A stretch of 37,038 nt of DNA from Acidobacteriota bacterium (GTDB taxonomy: Bacteria; Acidobacteriota; UBA890): the NCBI GenBank assembly GCA_046757445.1, contig JBHHYG010000002.1, forward strand, positions 1 to 37,038, given 5' to 3'. Each line of letters starts with the position of its first letter. The stretch's first letter is position 1. The notes beneath the pieces were generated by a model. That model had not been told where the DNA came from. It searched no databases and saw only the letters and a program-made list of their open reading frames with translations. Shown one piece after another: positions 15,929 through 25,266 of this stretch. Made by a program: the position numbers and the translations under genes.

Positions 15929-16802
15929 TATCCCGGAGGAGCTGCGACAGAACCTGGGGCCGCTGCCGCATCCGCAGCGACGGGGCCATCAGAGCAGCGA
16001 CCGTGTAGATGGCGGCCAGCCCAACGAGGGCGATCGCGAGGCGCTTGAGGCTCACCGGCTCGCTGCTCTCCCAACGGAACAGTAGGCCGTTGAGAGCTGC
16101 CGCCACGACGCCGGAGATCAGCAGCACCACCAAGGGCGCCGCCAGATCGACCAGCCGGTCACCGCGAACGATCACCCCTTGCAGTGCCTCGGTCAGGTAG
16201 GTGGGGGGAAGCAGGCGGGCGACCTGCTGCACCCAGCCAGGGAGCATGTAGAAGGGCATCGCCGCACCGGAGAGAAACATCATCGGGAAAAAAATCAGGT
16301 TGGCGATAGCCGGGGCGCTCTTCATATCCTTGGCAACGCTGCCCAGGATCAGACCCAGCGGCACGAAGGCGAGCGCCCCCAGCCACAGCACCAGGGCAAG
16401 AAGGACGAGCGAGGAGGCCACCGTGATGTCGAAGAAGAGCCAGGCCAGGAATCCTTGCAGAACCAAGGAGGCCGTCACGGTGACCATCGAGCGGGCACCG
16501 TTGGCGACAACCACGGTCAGCGCGCTTACCGGCGTCAAGCGGTAGCGTCGCAGGATGTCGTTCTCACGCTCATTGACCATCAAGTAGGAAACACCGAAGA
16601 AGCTTCCGGCCATCGTGGTGATGGTGAACAACCCCGGCATCATGAAGGTCACGGCGTTGGAGCTGCCGTCGGCGAAGATCAGGGCGAAGGCGAACAGCCA
16701 CACCTGCGGAAAGCCGAGGGTCCAGAACAGCGCCGTCTTCGAGCGCATGGTTTGCAACAGATAGGCACGTGACAGCTCACCGACACCGCGCAGCTGGCTC
16801 AC
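15903..16802 (-). CDS. ABC-2 type transporter permease
   Basis: 299 aa with about 6 TM and an ABC-2-like pattern. The GTG start overlaps the ATPase stop (GTGA). The last ~9 codons (DTPARFTSH*) are encoded by the repeat. Confidence 0.85.
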   Translation of the reverse strand: MSQLRGVGELSRAYLLQTMRSKTALFWTLGFPQVWLFAFALIFADGSSNAVTFMMPGLFTITTMAGSFFGVSYLMVNERENDILRRYRLTPVSALTVVVANGARSMVTVTASLVLQGFLAWLFFDITVASSLVLLALVLWLGALAFVPLGLILGSVAKDMKSAPAIANLIFFPMMFLSGAAMPFYMLPGWVQQVARLLPPTYLTEALQGVIVRGDRLVDLAAPLVVLLISGVVAAALNGLLFRWESSEPVSLKRLAIALVGLAAIYTVAALMAPSLRMRQRPQVLSQLLRDTPARFTSH

Positions 16803-17812
16803 GGGATCACTTCCCCCATGCTTTGCCCGGTGGCATCGGCAGCTTCCCGATCCTCTTCTTGCCCTGCCGCCTCGATGGTCAGATCCTCCTTGTCACCGGC
16901 CTCCTCACCGGCCTCCGAATCACCCATCAACTCGAGGTAGACGTCCTCGAGGGTCGGCCGGCGCAGGCGCAGGTCGCGCAACGTCACCTTTTGTGAGCGC
17001 AGCAGGTCGCCCAACGCCAGGATCGTCGCCGTCGGGTCGGAAGTAGTGAAGCGGTAGTGCGCTCCCTGCCGGCCCTGGGCCTTGGCGCCCACCTCCAGCA
17101 GCGGCGTCACATCCAGCGGCCCGTCGACGTCGATCCAAATGGTGGATTTACCGCCGGCGTGACCGACCAGCTCGAAGGGCGAGCCATCGGCAACGATCTC
17201 GCCGGCGCGGATCATGATCACCCGATCACAGAGCTTCTCCGCCTCCTCGATATAGTGGGTGGTGAGGATGATCGTGCGCCCCCGGCTCTTGAGGTCGAGG
17301 ACGATGCGATGCAGCTGCCGGCGTGCCGCCGGGTCGAGGCCCGAAGTGGGCTCGTCGAAGATGAGCAGCTCCGGCTCGTGGATCAGCGCCATGCCGATCG
17401 CCAGCCGCTGCTTCTGGCCCCCAGAGAGGGTGCGGATCAGTGCCTTGGCCTTGGCTTCGAGATTGACCTGCTCCAGCACCTCCTCGATGGATCGCGAGCG
17501 TTGATAGAAGGCGGCGTACAGCCGTAGCACTTCGGCCACGGTCAGCTCCGCCGGGATCGTCGTCGATTGCAGCTGCGCGCCGATGCGCTCCTTCAGCTCG
17601 CGTGCCTGGCGGGTGGGATCGAAGCCCAGGACCGATGTCCGGCCGGCGGTGGGCAATCGCAACCCTTCGAGGATCTCCACCAGGGTCGTCTTGCCGGCGC
17701 CGTTAGGGCCGAGAAGGCCGACGATGCCGCCGCCTTCGATCGACAGGTCGACGCCGTCGAGCGCCACCGTCGCGCCGTAGTTTTTTCTCAGTCCTTCCGT
17801 CTCAATGATCAT
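16799..17812 (-). CDS. ABC transporter ATP-binding protein (ABC-2/DrrA-like) with an acidic C-terminal tail
   Basis: Walker A GPNGAGKTT, signature LSGGQKQR, Walker B LLIFDEPTSGLD. Start set to ATG 17812 (MIIETEGL...) because the tracked extension to 17836 runs into the repeat. Confidence 0.92.
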   Translation of the reverse strand: MIIETEGLRKNYGATVALDGVDLSIEGGGIVGLLGPNGAGKTTLVEILEGLRLPTAGRTSVLGFDPTRQARELKERIGAQLQSTTIPAELTVAEVLRLYAAFYQRSRSIEEVLEQVNLEAKAKALIRTLSGGQKQRLAIGMALIHEPELLIFDEPTSGLDPAARRQLHRIVLDLKSRGRTIILTTHYIEEAEKLCDRVIMIRAGEIVADGSPFELVGHAGGKSTIWIDVDGPLDVTPLLEVGAKAQGRQGAHYRFTTSDPTATILALGDLLRSQKVTLRDLRLRRPTLEDVYLELMGDSEAGEEAGDKEDLTIEAAGQEEDREAADATGQSMGEVIP

Positions 17813-17825
17813 CGAGCGCCAACCG

Positions 17826-17881
17826 GTAGCCCGCATTTCTCATCGCCCTCCCAACGTAGCCCGATGAGAAATGCGGGCTAG
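17826..17881. mobile_element. Miniature (56 bp) hairpin copy of the repeat family: both terminal repeats around a 16-nt spacer
   Basis: GTAGCCCGCATTTCTCATCG - CCCTCCCAACGTAGCC - CGATGAGAAATGCGGGCTAG. The two arms are perfectly complementary over 19 nt. Confidence 0.88.
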
Positions 17882-18004
17882 TGCTTTTCCGCGTAATGGG
17901 TAGGATACCGCGCATGACCCGGACACGCTTCCAGAAGAGCCTGTCCGTGTCATGGTTGGCGCATCGTTACGAGCGCCGTCGGGGCAGGGTTCCGCCAACG
18001 CCTG

Positions 18005-18188
18005 CTAGCCCGCATTTCTCAACGGTTTTCGTCGCGAGGGTGTGGGAAAGGGTGTGGGCGCAAGGCGCGCGCTGGGAGGGCACCGGAGGCGTATTTGACA
18101 ATACGTCGAGGTGCCCGAGCAAGCGCAACGCAGCGAGCGCACCCTTTCCCGCGCCCGCAGCAGCAAAGCGTTGAGAAATGCGGGCTAG
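18005..18188. mobile_element. Full-length 184-bp palindromic MITE/REP-like element (reference copy)
   Basis: Perfect 20-bp terminal inverted repeats CTAGCCCGCATTTCTCAACG / CGTTGAGAAATGCGGGCTAG. Further internal pairings are GGGAAAGGGTG/CACCCTTTCCC and GGGCACC/GGTGCCC. The apical hairpin is GGCGTATT-TGAC-AATACGTC at 18088-18107. Confidence 0.92.
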
Positions 18189-20518
18189 GAGAACGGCATC
18201 AGCATCGGGATCATCACGGCCAGCAGCGCCAGGAAGATCAGGGTGAGGATGGTGCCCACCTTGATGAAGTCGCCGACGCGGTAGCCGCCGGCGCTCATCA
18301 CCAGCAGGCCGGCCTTTTGGCTGAAGGGCGTCATGAAGGCGGCCGAGGCGGCGAGACCGATGCCCATCATCAGCGGGTAGGGGCTGATCTGTAAGCGCTC
18401 GGCGACCTGGAACGCCACCGGTGCCAGCAATACCACGGCGGGCGCTCCATCGAGCCCCTGGCTGAGCAGGCTGGAAAGGATCAGCAGCGCCACCAGCACC
18501 GCCTGTGGTCCCAACGATCCGGCCACCCCGACGACGCCATCGGCGACCAGCAAGGCCGCTCCTGATCGTTCCACGGCGATGCCGACGGGCAGGATGGCCG
18601 CCACCAGAAAGATGGCCCGCCATTCGATCGCCCGATAGGCCTCCTCCATGGTCAACGCGCCGCTGATCAGCACCAGCACGGCGCCGGCGAAGGCGGTCAC
18701 CTCGATGGGGAAGAGGCCTGCCGCCACCAACGCCACCATCAGCACCAGTCCGGCCAGGGCGAAGGGCGCCCTGCCGGCACGTCGCTCCTCCTGCAGCGCG
18801 GCCGAAAGCGCCAGAAAGTCTGCATCGAGCCCCAGGCGGCGGATCTTCGCCGTTGGCCCTTGCAGCAGCAGGGCATCACCGAAGCGCAGGGGCATGTCGG
18901 CGAGGCCGGAGTGAATCGGCTCTCCCTCGCGCCAGATTGCCAGCACCTGCAGACCATAGCGGCCGCGGAAGTCGAGATCCCGGAGGCTGCGACCGGCGAC
19001 TCTCGAGCGCGGCGCCACCACCGCCTCGATCATGCGTACGCCGCTCGATTCCAGCTCGGCCGCCGGCGCCTCCGGCGTCACCTCCATCTCACCCATCTGC
19101 AGAAGGCGGAGTATGCGCGTCGGCTCCCCGGTGACCAAAAGCTGGTCATCTTCTTCGAGCACCTCCTCCGGCGACACGGCCCTCAGGCCGCCTCCATCCT
19201 CGATGGCGCCGATCACCGTCAACCCCACCAGTTCACTCATCCCGCTCTCACTCAGGGTGACGCCGGCGAGCGGCGAGTCCCTGTTGATGCGCACCTGAAA
19301 GAGACTCTCCCGCAGGCGGCGAACCGCCGCCGGGCCGACCTCGAGCACCTCGAGGCCGGGGTGGGCGGCCATCTCCTCGATCTCCCCTCTGCCGCCGAGG
19401 ACAAGGAGCTCGTCATCTCCCTCGAGGACCACCTCGGCAGGCCGCTCGGGCAAGCGCTCCCCGTGGCGCCAGACCGCCGCCACCACCACCCCGAATCGCT
19501 CGCGAAAACGCAACTCGCGGAGGGTCTGGCCGGCGAGGGCCGAGGTTTCCGCCGAGCGGACCACCAACCCGCTGAACCTACCCGCCGCCTCCCGCAGGTA
19601 GACGTCCTTCGACTTCCCCACCTCGACGCCCTGGATCTTGAGCAGCTGCTCGAGGTTTGAAAACCTGCCCTCCACGAGGAGCAAGTCACCACCCCTGATC
19701 TGATGGTCTGGCTGAGGGGCAGGCTGCGTCCGACCAGCGCGAACGATGGCGACGACGTTAACATCGAGAGCCGTCCCCAACTGCGCCTGGCGCAGGCTAA
19801 GTCCATCGAGGGGCGAGCCGGGGGGAACACGGATGGAGAAAAGCCGCTCTCGCAGCCGGTAGATGCTGGTGAGGTCGGCCTGGGAACCCGCCCCATCAGT
19901 AGTTTCCCTGCGGGGGAGCAACCGTCGTCCCACGGTGACCATGTACAGGATCCCCAGGCCCAGCAACGCCAGCCCGAAGGGCGTGTAATCGAAAAGCCCG
20001 AAGGGTGTCAGGCCCCGCTGCGATAGCATCTCGGCGGCGAGGATGTTGGGCGGGGTTCCCACCAGGGTGGTGGTGCCCCCGAGGATGGTGCCGAAGGCGA
20101 GCGGCATGAACAGCAGCGACGGCGCCACCTTCGTGCGCCGCGCCAAGCTGGCAACAGCCGGCAGCAAGACCGCTGTGGCGGCGACGTTGTTCATGAAGGA
20201 GGACAAGAGGCCGGCCACGAGCATGACGGCAATGATAAGTGGGGCCTCGCGACCCCCCACCAGGGCATGGATACAGCTGCCCACGGCGTCTGTCACGCCG
20301 GTGTGCAGCAGGGCGGCGCCGATGAAGAAGACCGACAGCATGGTGATGACAGCAGGTGAGGCGAAGCCTTCGAACGCTTCCTCCGCCGTCACGTAGTGGG
20401 TCAGGGTGAGCACGGCCAACCCGGCGAAGGCAGTCAGCTCCACCGGCAGCTTCTCGGTGAGGAAGAAGAAGACCATCACCCCGAGGACACCGAACAGGAA
20501 GCCAATCTCCAGGTTCAT
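18185..20518 (-). CDS. SLC13/DASS-type (CitMHS-like) permease with four internal TrkA-C (RCK_C) domains
   Basis: Two multi-TM halves flank four ~70-aa repeats of the RCK_C pattern (for example FSIRVPPGSPLDGLSLRQ..., VVRSAETSALAGQTLRE..., FQVRINRDSPLAGVTLSE..., EAVVAPRSRVAGRSLRD...). ATG 20518 (MNLEIGF) is preferred over the tracked TTG 20524. The stop lies in the repeat end. Confidence 0.88.
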   Translation of the reverse strand: MNLEIGFLFGVLGVMVFFFLTEKLPVELTAFAGLAVLTLTHYVTAEEAFEGFASPAVITMLSVFFIGAALLHTGVTDAVGSCIHALVGGREAPLIIAVMLVAGLLSSFMNNVAATAVLLPAVASLARRTKVAPSLLFMPLAFGTILGGTTTLVGTPPNILAAEMLSQRGLTPFGLFDYTPFGLALLGLGILYMVTVGRRLLPRRETTDGAGSQADLTSIYRLRERLFSIRVPPGSPLDGLSLRQAQLGTALDVNVVAIVRAGRTQPAPQPDHQIRGGDLLLVEGRFSNLEQLLKIQGVEVGKSKDVYLREAAGRFSGLVVRSAETSALAGQTLRELRFRERFGVVVAAVWRHGERLPERPAEVVLEGDDELLVLGGRGEIEEMAAHPGLEVLEVGPAAVRRLRESLFQVRINRDSPLAGVTLSESGMSELVGLTVIGAIEDGGGLRAVSPEEVLEEDDQLLVTGEPTRILRLLQMGEMEVTPEAPAAELESSGVRMIEAVVAPRSRVAGRSLRDLDFRGRYGLQVLAIWREGEPIHSGLADMPLRFGDALLLQGPTAKIRRLGLDADFLALSAALQEERRAGRAPFALAGLVLMVALVAAGLFPIEVTAFAGAVLVLISGALTMEEAYRAIEWRAIFLVAAILPVGIAVERSGAALLVADGVVGVAGSLGPQAVLVALLILSSLLSQGLDGAPAVVLLAPVAFQVAERLQISPYPLMMGIGLAASAAFMTPFSQKAGLLVMSAGGYRVGDFIKVGTILTLIFLALLAVMIPMLMPFS

Positions 20519-20549
20519 TGGCAATCCGTCCCCCCTCCGTGACGCTGCG

Positions 20550-21086
20550 CTAGCCGGATTCGTTCACCAAGGCGATGAGCTGATCGGTGGCGTCGACCGA
20601 CTTGTCGAAGTGCAGCAGCCCGGGCGTCTGGGTGTTGAACATGACGGTGTAGCCTTGTTCGGTAGCCAACCGCTCGATCATCGGCGCCAACTTGTCTTCC
20701 ATCCCCGCAACTACTTGCTGACGTAGGCGTGTAAACTCGCGCTGGGCGTCGTCTTTGATTCTTTGCGCCTCGATTTGCTTCTCGGCGATTTGATCATCGA
20801 GCTTCTTTAAGGCTGCCGCGTTCAGGGTCGTCCTCTGCTGTTGCCGGCTGGCGTTCAGGTCGTCGAGCTGCTGTTGTGCCTTGTCGATCTTGCCCTGCCA
20901 TTCCGTGAACGCGCCCTGAAGCTGCTCGCTTGCCGCCTTACCTGGGTTAGATTCTTGGAAGACGCGATCGTTGTCGATGACGGCAATCTTGATGCCGCCC
21001 TGCTGTGCGCCGGCCGGCAACGTCGCCACAGCCAATAAGACTGAACCCAAGCCGGCAGCGTAGATAAGATAGCTCTTCTTGAACAT
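20550..21086 (-). CDS. skp: OmpH/Skp-family periplasmic chaperone
   Basis: 178 aa. Signal peptide (LLAVATLPAGAQQ), then IAVIDNDRVFQES and a long Gln/Lys-rich coiled region typical of Skp. Confidence 0.85.
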   Translation of the reverse strand: MFKKSYLIYAAGLGSVLLAVATLPAGAQQGGIKIAVIDNDRVFQESNPGKAASEQLQGAFTEWQGKIDKAQQQLDDLNASRQQQRTTLNAAALKKLDDQIAEKQIEAQRIKDDAQREFTRLRQQVVAGMEDKLAPMIERLATEQGYTVMFNTQTPGLLHFDKSVDATDQLIALVNESG

Positions 21087-21174
21087 CGCTCGACCCTCTC
21101 CTCTTGTCTATCAGTGAACCGGAAGCCATTGCCTGTATTGCTCACGGGGCGATCGAGGCCCGGAGTGACGGTGT

Positions 21175-21204
21175 TTGACCCTTGATCAGAGACGACTCTA
21201 CAAT
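21175..21204 (+). promoter_or_regulatory. Sigma70-type promoter of the tRNA cluster (TTGACC-18 nt-TACAAT)
   Basis: The -35 TTGACC is at 21175-21180 and the -10 TACAAT at 21199-21204. The first tRNA begins 11 nt downstream. Confidence 0.6.
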
Positions 21205-21214
21205 GCTCTTGTGT

Positions 21215-21288
21215 GGTGAGCGTAGCTCAATTGGAAGAGCACTTGGTTGTGGTCCAAGTGGTTGGGGGTTCAAGTCCCCTCGCTCACC
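21215..21288 (+). tRNA. tRNA-His (GTG), with encoded G-1
   Basis: A cloverleaf folds by hand: acceptor GTGAGCG/CGCTCAC, anticodon arm CTTGG-TTGTGGT-CCAAG, T-loop TTCAAGT. An extra 5' G opposes the discriminator C. No CCA is encoded. Confidence 0.9.
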
Positions 21289-21319
21289 CCTCGATTTCCT
21301 ATAACATGATCGCACGATC

Positions 21320-21394
21320 GCGCCTGTAGCTCAGTCAGGATAGAGCGACGCACTCCGGATGCGTAGGCCGCAGGTTCGACTCCTGCCAGGCGCA
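21320..21394 (+). tRNA. tRNA-Arg (CCG)
   Basis: Acceptor GCGCCTG/CAGGCGC, anticodon arm ACGCA-CTCCGGA-TGCGT, T-arm GCAGG-TTCGACT-CCTGC. Confidence 0.9.
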
Positions 21395-21437
21395 TTGCCC
21401 TGCGGGTGTCCCGTGTCGTAAAAGTGGGGGACCGTGT

Positions 21438-21510
21438 GGGCCGCTAGCTCAATTGGCAGAGCAACGGACTCTTAATCCGTAGGTTCTAGGTTCGATTCCT
21501 AGGCGGCTCA
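21438..21510 (+). tRNA. tRNA-Lys (CTT)
   Basis: Acceptor GGGCCGC/GCGGCTC (one G-U pair), anticodon arm ACGGA-CTCTTAA-TCCGT, T-arm CTAGG-TTCGATT-CCTAG. Confidence 0.9.
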
Positions 21511-21570
21511 CCTCAATTGAGACCGGGTAGGCGAGGCAGCGCTGTTGCCCTCTCCTGCTTCCCGGCTCGA

Positions 21571-21657
21571 GCGAAAGTGGCGGAATTGGCAGACGCGCTG
21601 GCCTTAGGAGCCAGTGGGCTAACGCCCGTGGGGGTTCGAGTCCCCCCTTTCGCACCA
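21571..21657 (+). tRNA. tRNA-Leu (TAG), long variable arm, CCA encoded
   Basis: Acceptor GCGAAAG/CTTTCGC, anticodon arm CTGGC-CTTAGGA-GCCAG, variable arm TGGGCTAACGCCCG, T-loop TTCGAGT, and a 3' ACCA. Confidence 0.9.
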
Positions 21658-21731
21658 GCTTGCAAGCATCATCCAGAGCGCCACACACTGGCGTGGGCAT
21701 ATCTACACGAACCGTTCCCCGAAACCCATCC

Positions 21732-23084
21732 ATGAGCGCTGAGCGCGGGAACAAGCTAGCCGAAGAAGATCAGGCCCCGACCTCGGATCCACAGCATCAA
21801 TCCGCCGTCGAGCGGCAGGGTGCCCGTGTGAATCTGCAGATGACGGTGCAGGCCGAAGCGGTTGTAACCCAGGTCCGGACCGTAGCGCAGGCCTTGAGGA
21901 GGCGCGCACGCCTGCGCGGTTTCCGCCGCGGCAAGGCGCCGATGAGCATGATTCGTCAGCAGTTCAGCGAAGAGATCAAGGAGCATGTCCTCGATCGGCT
22001 GATCCCGGAGCATCTCTCGGCCGAGCTCAGTTCTCGTGACATGAAGCCGATACATGCCCCCGTCCTCGACGAGGTTGACTTCGACCCTGAAGGACCATTG
22101 ACGTTCGCCGTTCATTTCGACGTTGCCCCGGAGGTGGAGGTGGCCGGCTACAGCGACTTGCGCGCTACCCGGCAGCGGCAGACGGTTACCGAGGAGGCAA
22201 TCAACCAGGCCCTCGGCCACTTGCGAGAAAGAGCCGCCAAGCTCGAGCCTCTCGCTCCTGGACAGGTTGTTTCCACCAACGATTTCGTGCGCGCTGAAAT
22301 CGCACTCTACCCGCGCGACGGCAAAGGCAAGCGGCTGGCCGAGGAGGACCGCTACGTTCAGCTCGGCAGCGAGGCCGCCATTCCCGGCCTCAATTCCCAG
22401 CTCGAGGGGCTCGAGGCAGGCAGCACGCGGGAGTTCGTCACTCGCCTGGGAGAGAGTTACCCCAACCACATGCTCGCCTCGAAGGAAGTCACCTGTCGAG
22501 TGAAGGTCAAAGAGGTCAAGCGCCGCCACCTGCCCGACATCGATGACGAGCTGGCCAAAGATCTCGGCCTCGCCGACCTCGAAGCGCTGCGGACCAGGAC
22601 CCGAGAGGATTTGGCGCGCCACCTCGAGCACCAGGCTGAACGGGACGTGGAGCGCCAGCTCTTGGACCAAGTCCTGAAAGCCAATCCCATCGACGCGCCA
22701 GCATCGCTCCTAGAAGATCGCCTCGACCAACAAGTCCGAAGGGCCGCCCATGACCTCGCTCGGCGGGGCATCGACCCGCGCCACAGCATCGACTGGAGCA
22801 GTTTTCGAGCTGAAAACAAGGCCGCGGCCGAGCGCGCAGTGAAGGAGGAATTGCTTCTCGATCGCATCGCTGAGGCTGAGAAGATCGAGGTCGAGGATAC
22901 GGAAGTAGTGGCCGAGATAGACCACAATCAGGATGAGGGGCAAGCATCGACGGCGACCATTGTAAGGCAGATGCGCAAGGAAGGCTCTTTCGAGAGCTTG
23001 CGACGCCTGCTAGCCAGACAACGAGCTTTGGACTACATGAAGCACCATGCTACGATCGACTCTGTCGAAGACAGCCTGCCGTAG
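21732..23084 (+). CDS. tig: Trigger factor
   Basis: The N-domain aligns by eye with E. coli TF (SAVERQGARVNLQMTVQAE...LRGFRRGKAPMSMI against [20 protein letters not shown]...IDGFRKGKVPMNIV). It has the conserved position upstream of clpP-clpX-lon. The tracked TTG start at 21660 overlaps the tRNA-Leu region, so ATG 21732 is preferred. Confidence 0.9.
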   Translation: MSAERGNKLAEEDQAPTSDPQHQSAVERQGARVNLQMTVQAEAVVTQVRTVAQALRRRARLRGFRRGKAPMSMIRQQFSEEIKEHVLDRLIPEHLSAELSSRDMKPIHAPVLDEVDFDPEGPLTFAVHFDVAPEVEVAGYSDLRATRQRQTVTEEAINQALGHLRERAAKLEPLAPGQVVSTNDFVRAEIALYPRDGKGKRLAEEDRYVQLGSEAAIPGLNSQLEGLEAGSTREFVTRLGESYPNHMLASKEVTCRVKVKEVKRRHLPDIDDELAKDLGLADLEALRTRTREDLARHLEHQAERDVERQLLDQVLKANPIDAPASLLEDRLDQQVRRAAHDLARRGIDPRHSIDWSSFRAENKAAAERAVKEELLLDRIAEAEKIEVEDTEVVAEIDHNQDEGQASTATIVRQMRKEGSFESLRRLLARQRALDYMKHHATIDSVEDSLP

Positions 23085-23180
23085 AGCACCGATGACGAAC
23101 CCGACTGAGCACCTGCGGCGACAACCAAGGGCCCTCGCGGCCCCCGACACCGCCTCTTCCTGGTACTCGGAGCTACAACC

Positions 23181-23777
23181 ATGCCCCTGATACCGATGGT
23201 AGTAGAGCAGACCGCCAGGGGAGAGCGTGCCTACGATATCTATTCGCGGCTGCTCAAGGACAACATTATCTTCGTCGGCAACCCGATCGACGACGACATA
23301 GCCAACCTGGTCATCGCTCAGATGCTCTTCCTCGAGGCCGAGGACCCTGAAAAGGACATCCAGCTCTACATCAACAGCCCTGGAGGGTCGGTAACCGCAG
23401 GCCTTGCCATTCTCGACACCATGCGGTACATCCGCTCCGATGTGTCGACCCTCTGCCTGGGTCAGGCGATGAGCATGGCCGCTGTGCTTCTGGCTGCTGG
23501 CGCCAAGGAAAAGCGCTTCGCGTTACCCAACTCGCGCATCATGATTCACCAGCCACATGGGGCACTGCAGGGAACCGCCTCGGATATCGAGATTCATGCG
23601 AGAGAGATCATGAGGTTGCGTGAGAGGATCATAAGTCTGCTAGCCTCCTATACACAGCAGCCGGTCGAGAAGATCGCCACCGACGCCGACCGAGATTTCG
23701 TCTTGACTGCGGAGGAAGCGGTCGAGTACGGGCTTGTCGATCAAGTAATCGACAAGAAGAATGGGGCCAAGCCATGA
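23181..23777 (+). CDS. clpP: ATP-dependent Clp protease proteolytic subunit
   Basis: 198 aa with [17 protein letters not shown], active-site context [11 protein letters not shown], and IMIHQP. Confidence 0.97.
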   Translation: MPLIPMVVEQTARGERAYDIYSRLLKDNIIFVGNPIDDDIANLVIAQMLFLEAEDPEKDIQLYINSPGGSVTAGLAILDTMRYIRSDVSTLCLGQAMSMAAVLLAAGAKEKRFALPNSRIMIHQPHGALQGTASDIEIHAREIMRLRERIISLLASYTQQPVEKIATDADRDFVLTAEEAVEYGLVDQVIDKKNGAKP

Positions 23778-23826
23778 AGGCCAAGCCGCGCGAGCACCCC
23801 TGCTGGCCGAAGCGACGGGGAGAAAG

Positions 23827-25068
23827 ATGACCCGCACTAACGCCAACGGTTCGTCCTTACGTTGCTCATTCTGCAGCAAGAGCCAGAATGAGGTGCGTAA
23901 GCTCATCGCCGGCCCCAATGTCTACATTTGCGATGAGTGCATAGAGATCTGCACCGACATCATCGCCGAGGAACGCGATCTCGAGGAACGCGAGGCCCTA
24001 CTCGAGCTGCCGAAGCCCTCGGAGATCAAGGCTTTCCTCGATGAATATGTCGTGGGCCAGGAATCGGCCAAAAAGAGGCTGGCCGTAGCCGTCTACAACC
24101 ACTATAAGCGTAGCGACATGCTCGACCATCGCAAGCGCGACGATGTCGAGCTATCGAAGAGCAATATCTTGCTCATAGGATCCACGGGTACCGGCAAGAC
24201 ATTGCTCGCGCAAACCTTGGCCCGTTTTCTCCAGGTGCCGTTCACCATCGCCGATGCCACTACGCTGACCGAGGCAGGCTACGTTGGCGAGGATGTCGAG
24301 AATATCATCCTGAAGCTTTTCCAGGCCTCCGGATACGACAAGGAAAAGACAGAACGGGGAATCATTTACATCGATGAAATCGACAAGATCGCGCGCAAGG
24401 ACGAGAATCCGTCGATCACCCGTGACGTTTCCGGGGAAGGTGTGCAGCAGGCGCTGCTGAAGATTCTCGAGGGCGTGCAAGCCAACGTCCCACCCCAGGG
24501 GGGGCGAAAGCATCCCCACCAGGAATTCTTCCAGATCGACACCACGAACATCTTGTTCATCGTCGGCGGCGCATTCGTCGGCCTCGAAAAGACGATCCGC
24601 AGCCGCATAGGCAGACAAGGATTGGGGTTCACGGCGCATATCGGGAGCGCCGATCGCAAGGAAAACGACGTTCTGCCGATGGTGCAACCTTCCGACCTCA
24701 TACACTATGGGCTCATTCCCGAGTTTGTCGGCCGGCTTCCAGTCATCGCTACGCTCCAGGACCTCACTTGCGAGGATCTGGTCACCATCCTGCAGACGCC
24801 GAAAAATGCCCTCGTCAAGCAGTACCAGAAGATGTTCGAGTTCGAGGATGTAACCTTGACATTCACCGCAGAAGCTCTCGATGCAATCGCCCAGAAGGCG
24901 ATGAAGCGCGGTATCGGTGCTCGTGGCCTACGGGCCATCATGGAAGAGTTCATGCTGGAGATCATGTATCGGCTACCTGGAGAGAGCGACATCAAGGAGT
25001 GCGTTATCACCGACAAGGTGGTCGAGAACGAAGTCGATCCCTTGACCGTGCTGCGCAAGGCGGGTTGA
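23827..25068 (+). CDS. clpX: ATP-dependent Clp protease ATP-binding subunit ClpX
   Basis: Zn-finger [11 protein letters not shown]...[10 protein letters not shown], Walker [17 protein letters not shown], and the pore-loop/RKH-like region. Start at ATG 23827 (MTRTNANG); the tracked extension overlaps clpP. Confidence 0.96.
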   Translation: MTRTNANGSSLRCSFCSKSQNEVRKLIAGPNVYICDECIEICTDIIAEERDLEEREALLELPKPSEIKAFLDEYVVGQESAKKRLAVAVYNHYKRSDMLDHRKRDDVELSKSNILLIGSTGTGKTLLAQTLARFLQVPFTIADATTLTEAGYVGEDVENIILKLFQASGYDKEKTERGIIYIDEIDKIARKDENPSITRDVSGEGVQQALLKILEGVQANVPPQGGRKHPHQEFFQIDTTNILFIVGGAFVGLEKTIRSRIGRQGLGFTAHIGSADRKENDVLPMVQPSDLIHYGLIPEFVGRLPVIATLQDLTCEDLVTILQTPKNALVKQYQKMFEFEDVTLTFTAEALDAIAQKAMKRGIGARGLRAIMEEFMLEIMYRLPGESDIKECVITDKVVENEVDPLTVLRKAG

Positions 25069-25266
25069 AGCAAGACGGGCGGAGGCGCGGGCACTCCGGA
25101 GTGGGCTGCTGTCGGCCTGGAGTTTCAGCTTTGCGGGCCGTGAGGAAGATAACGCCGACCTTGCTTTAGCATTGCGGCCACGCCTTGACACGAGTAAGAT
25201 CATGGGTGTAGCGAATCCCGTTACAGATTCCCCGTTGTAACCTAGGCCAACCGGTACGCTGCGCGT

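Noticed and set aside
21215-21657. tRNA cluster as an integration hotspot or boundary of a genomic island
   Set aside because: No integrase, no direct repeat of a tRNA 3' end and no phage or plasmid genes are seen on either side. The tRNAs are followed directly by the conserved tig-clpP-clpX-lon block.
25069-25266. Search for a CIRCE (HrcA) operator or a clear sigma32 promoter upstream of lon; also possible sigma70 hexamers (TTGCGG-17-TAAGAT, TTGACA at 25185)
   Set aside because: No TTAGCACTC-N9-GAGTGCTAA-like inverted repeat is present; only a lone TTAGCA occurs. The hexamer matches are ambiguous, and more than one spacing fits, so I do not call a promoter.
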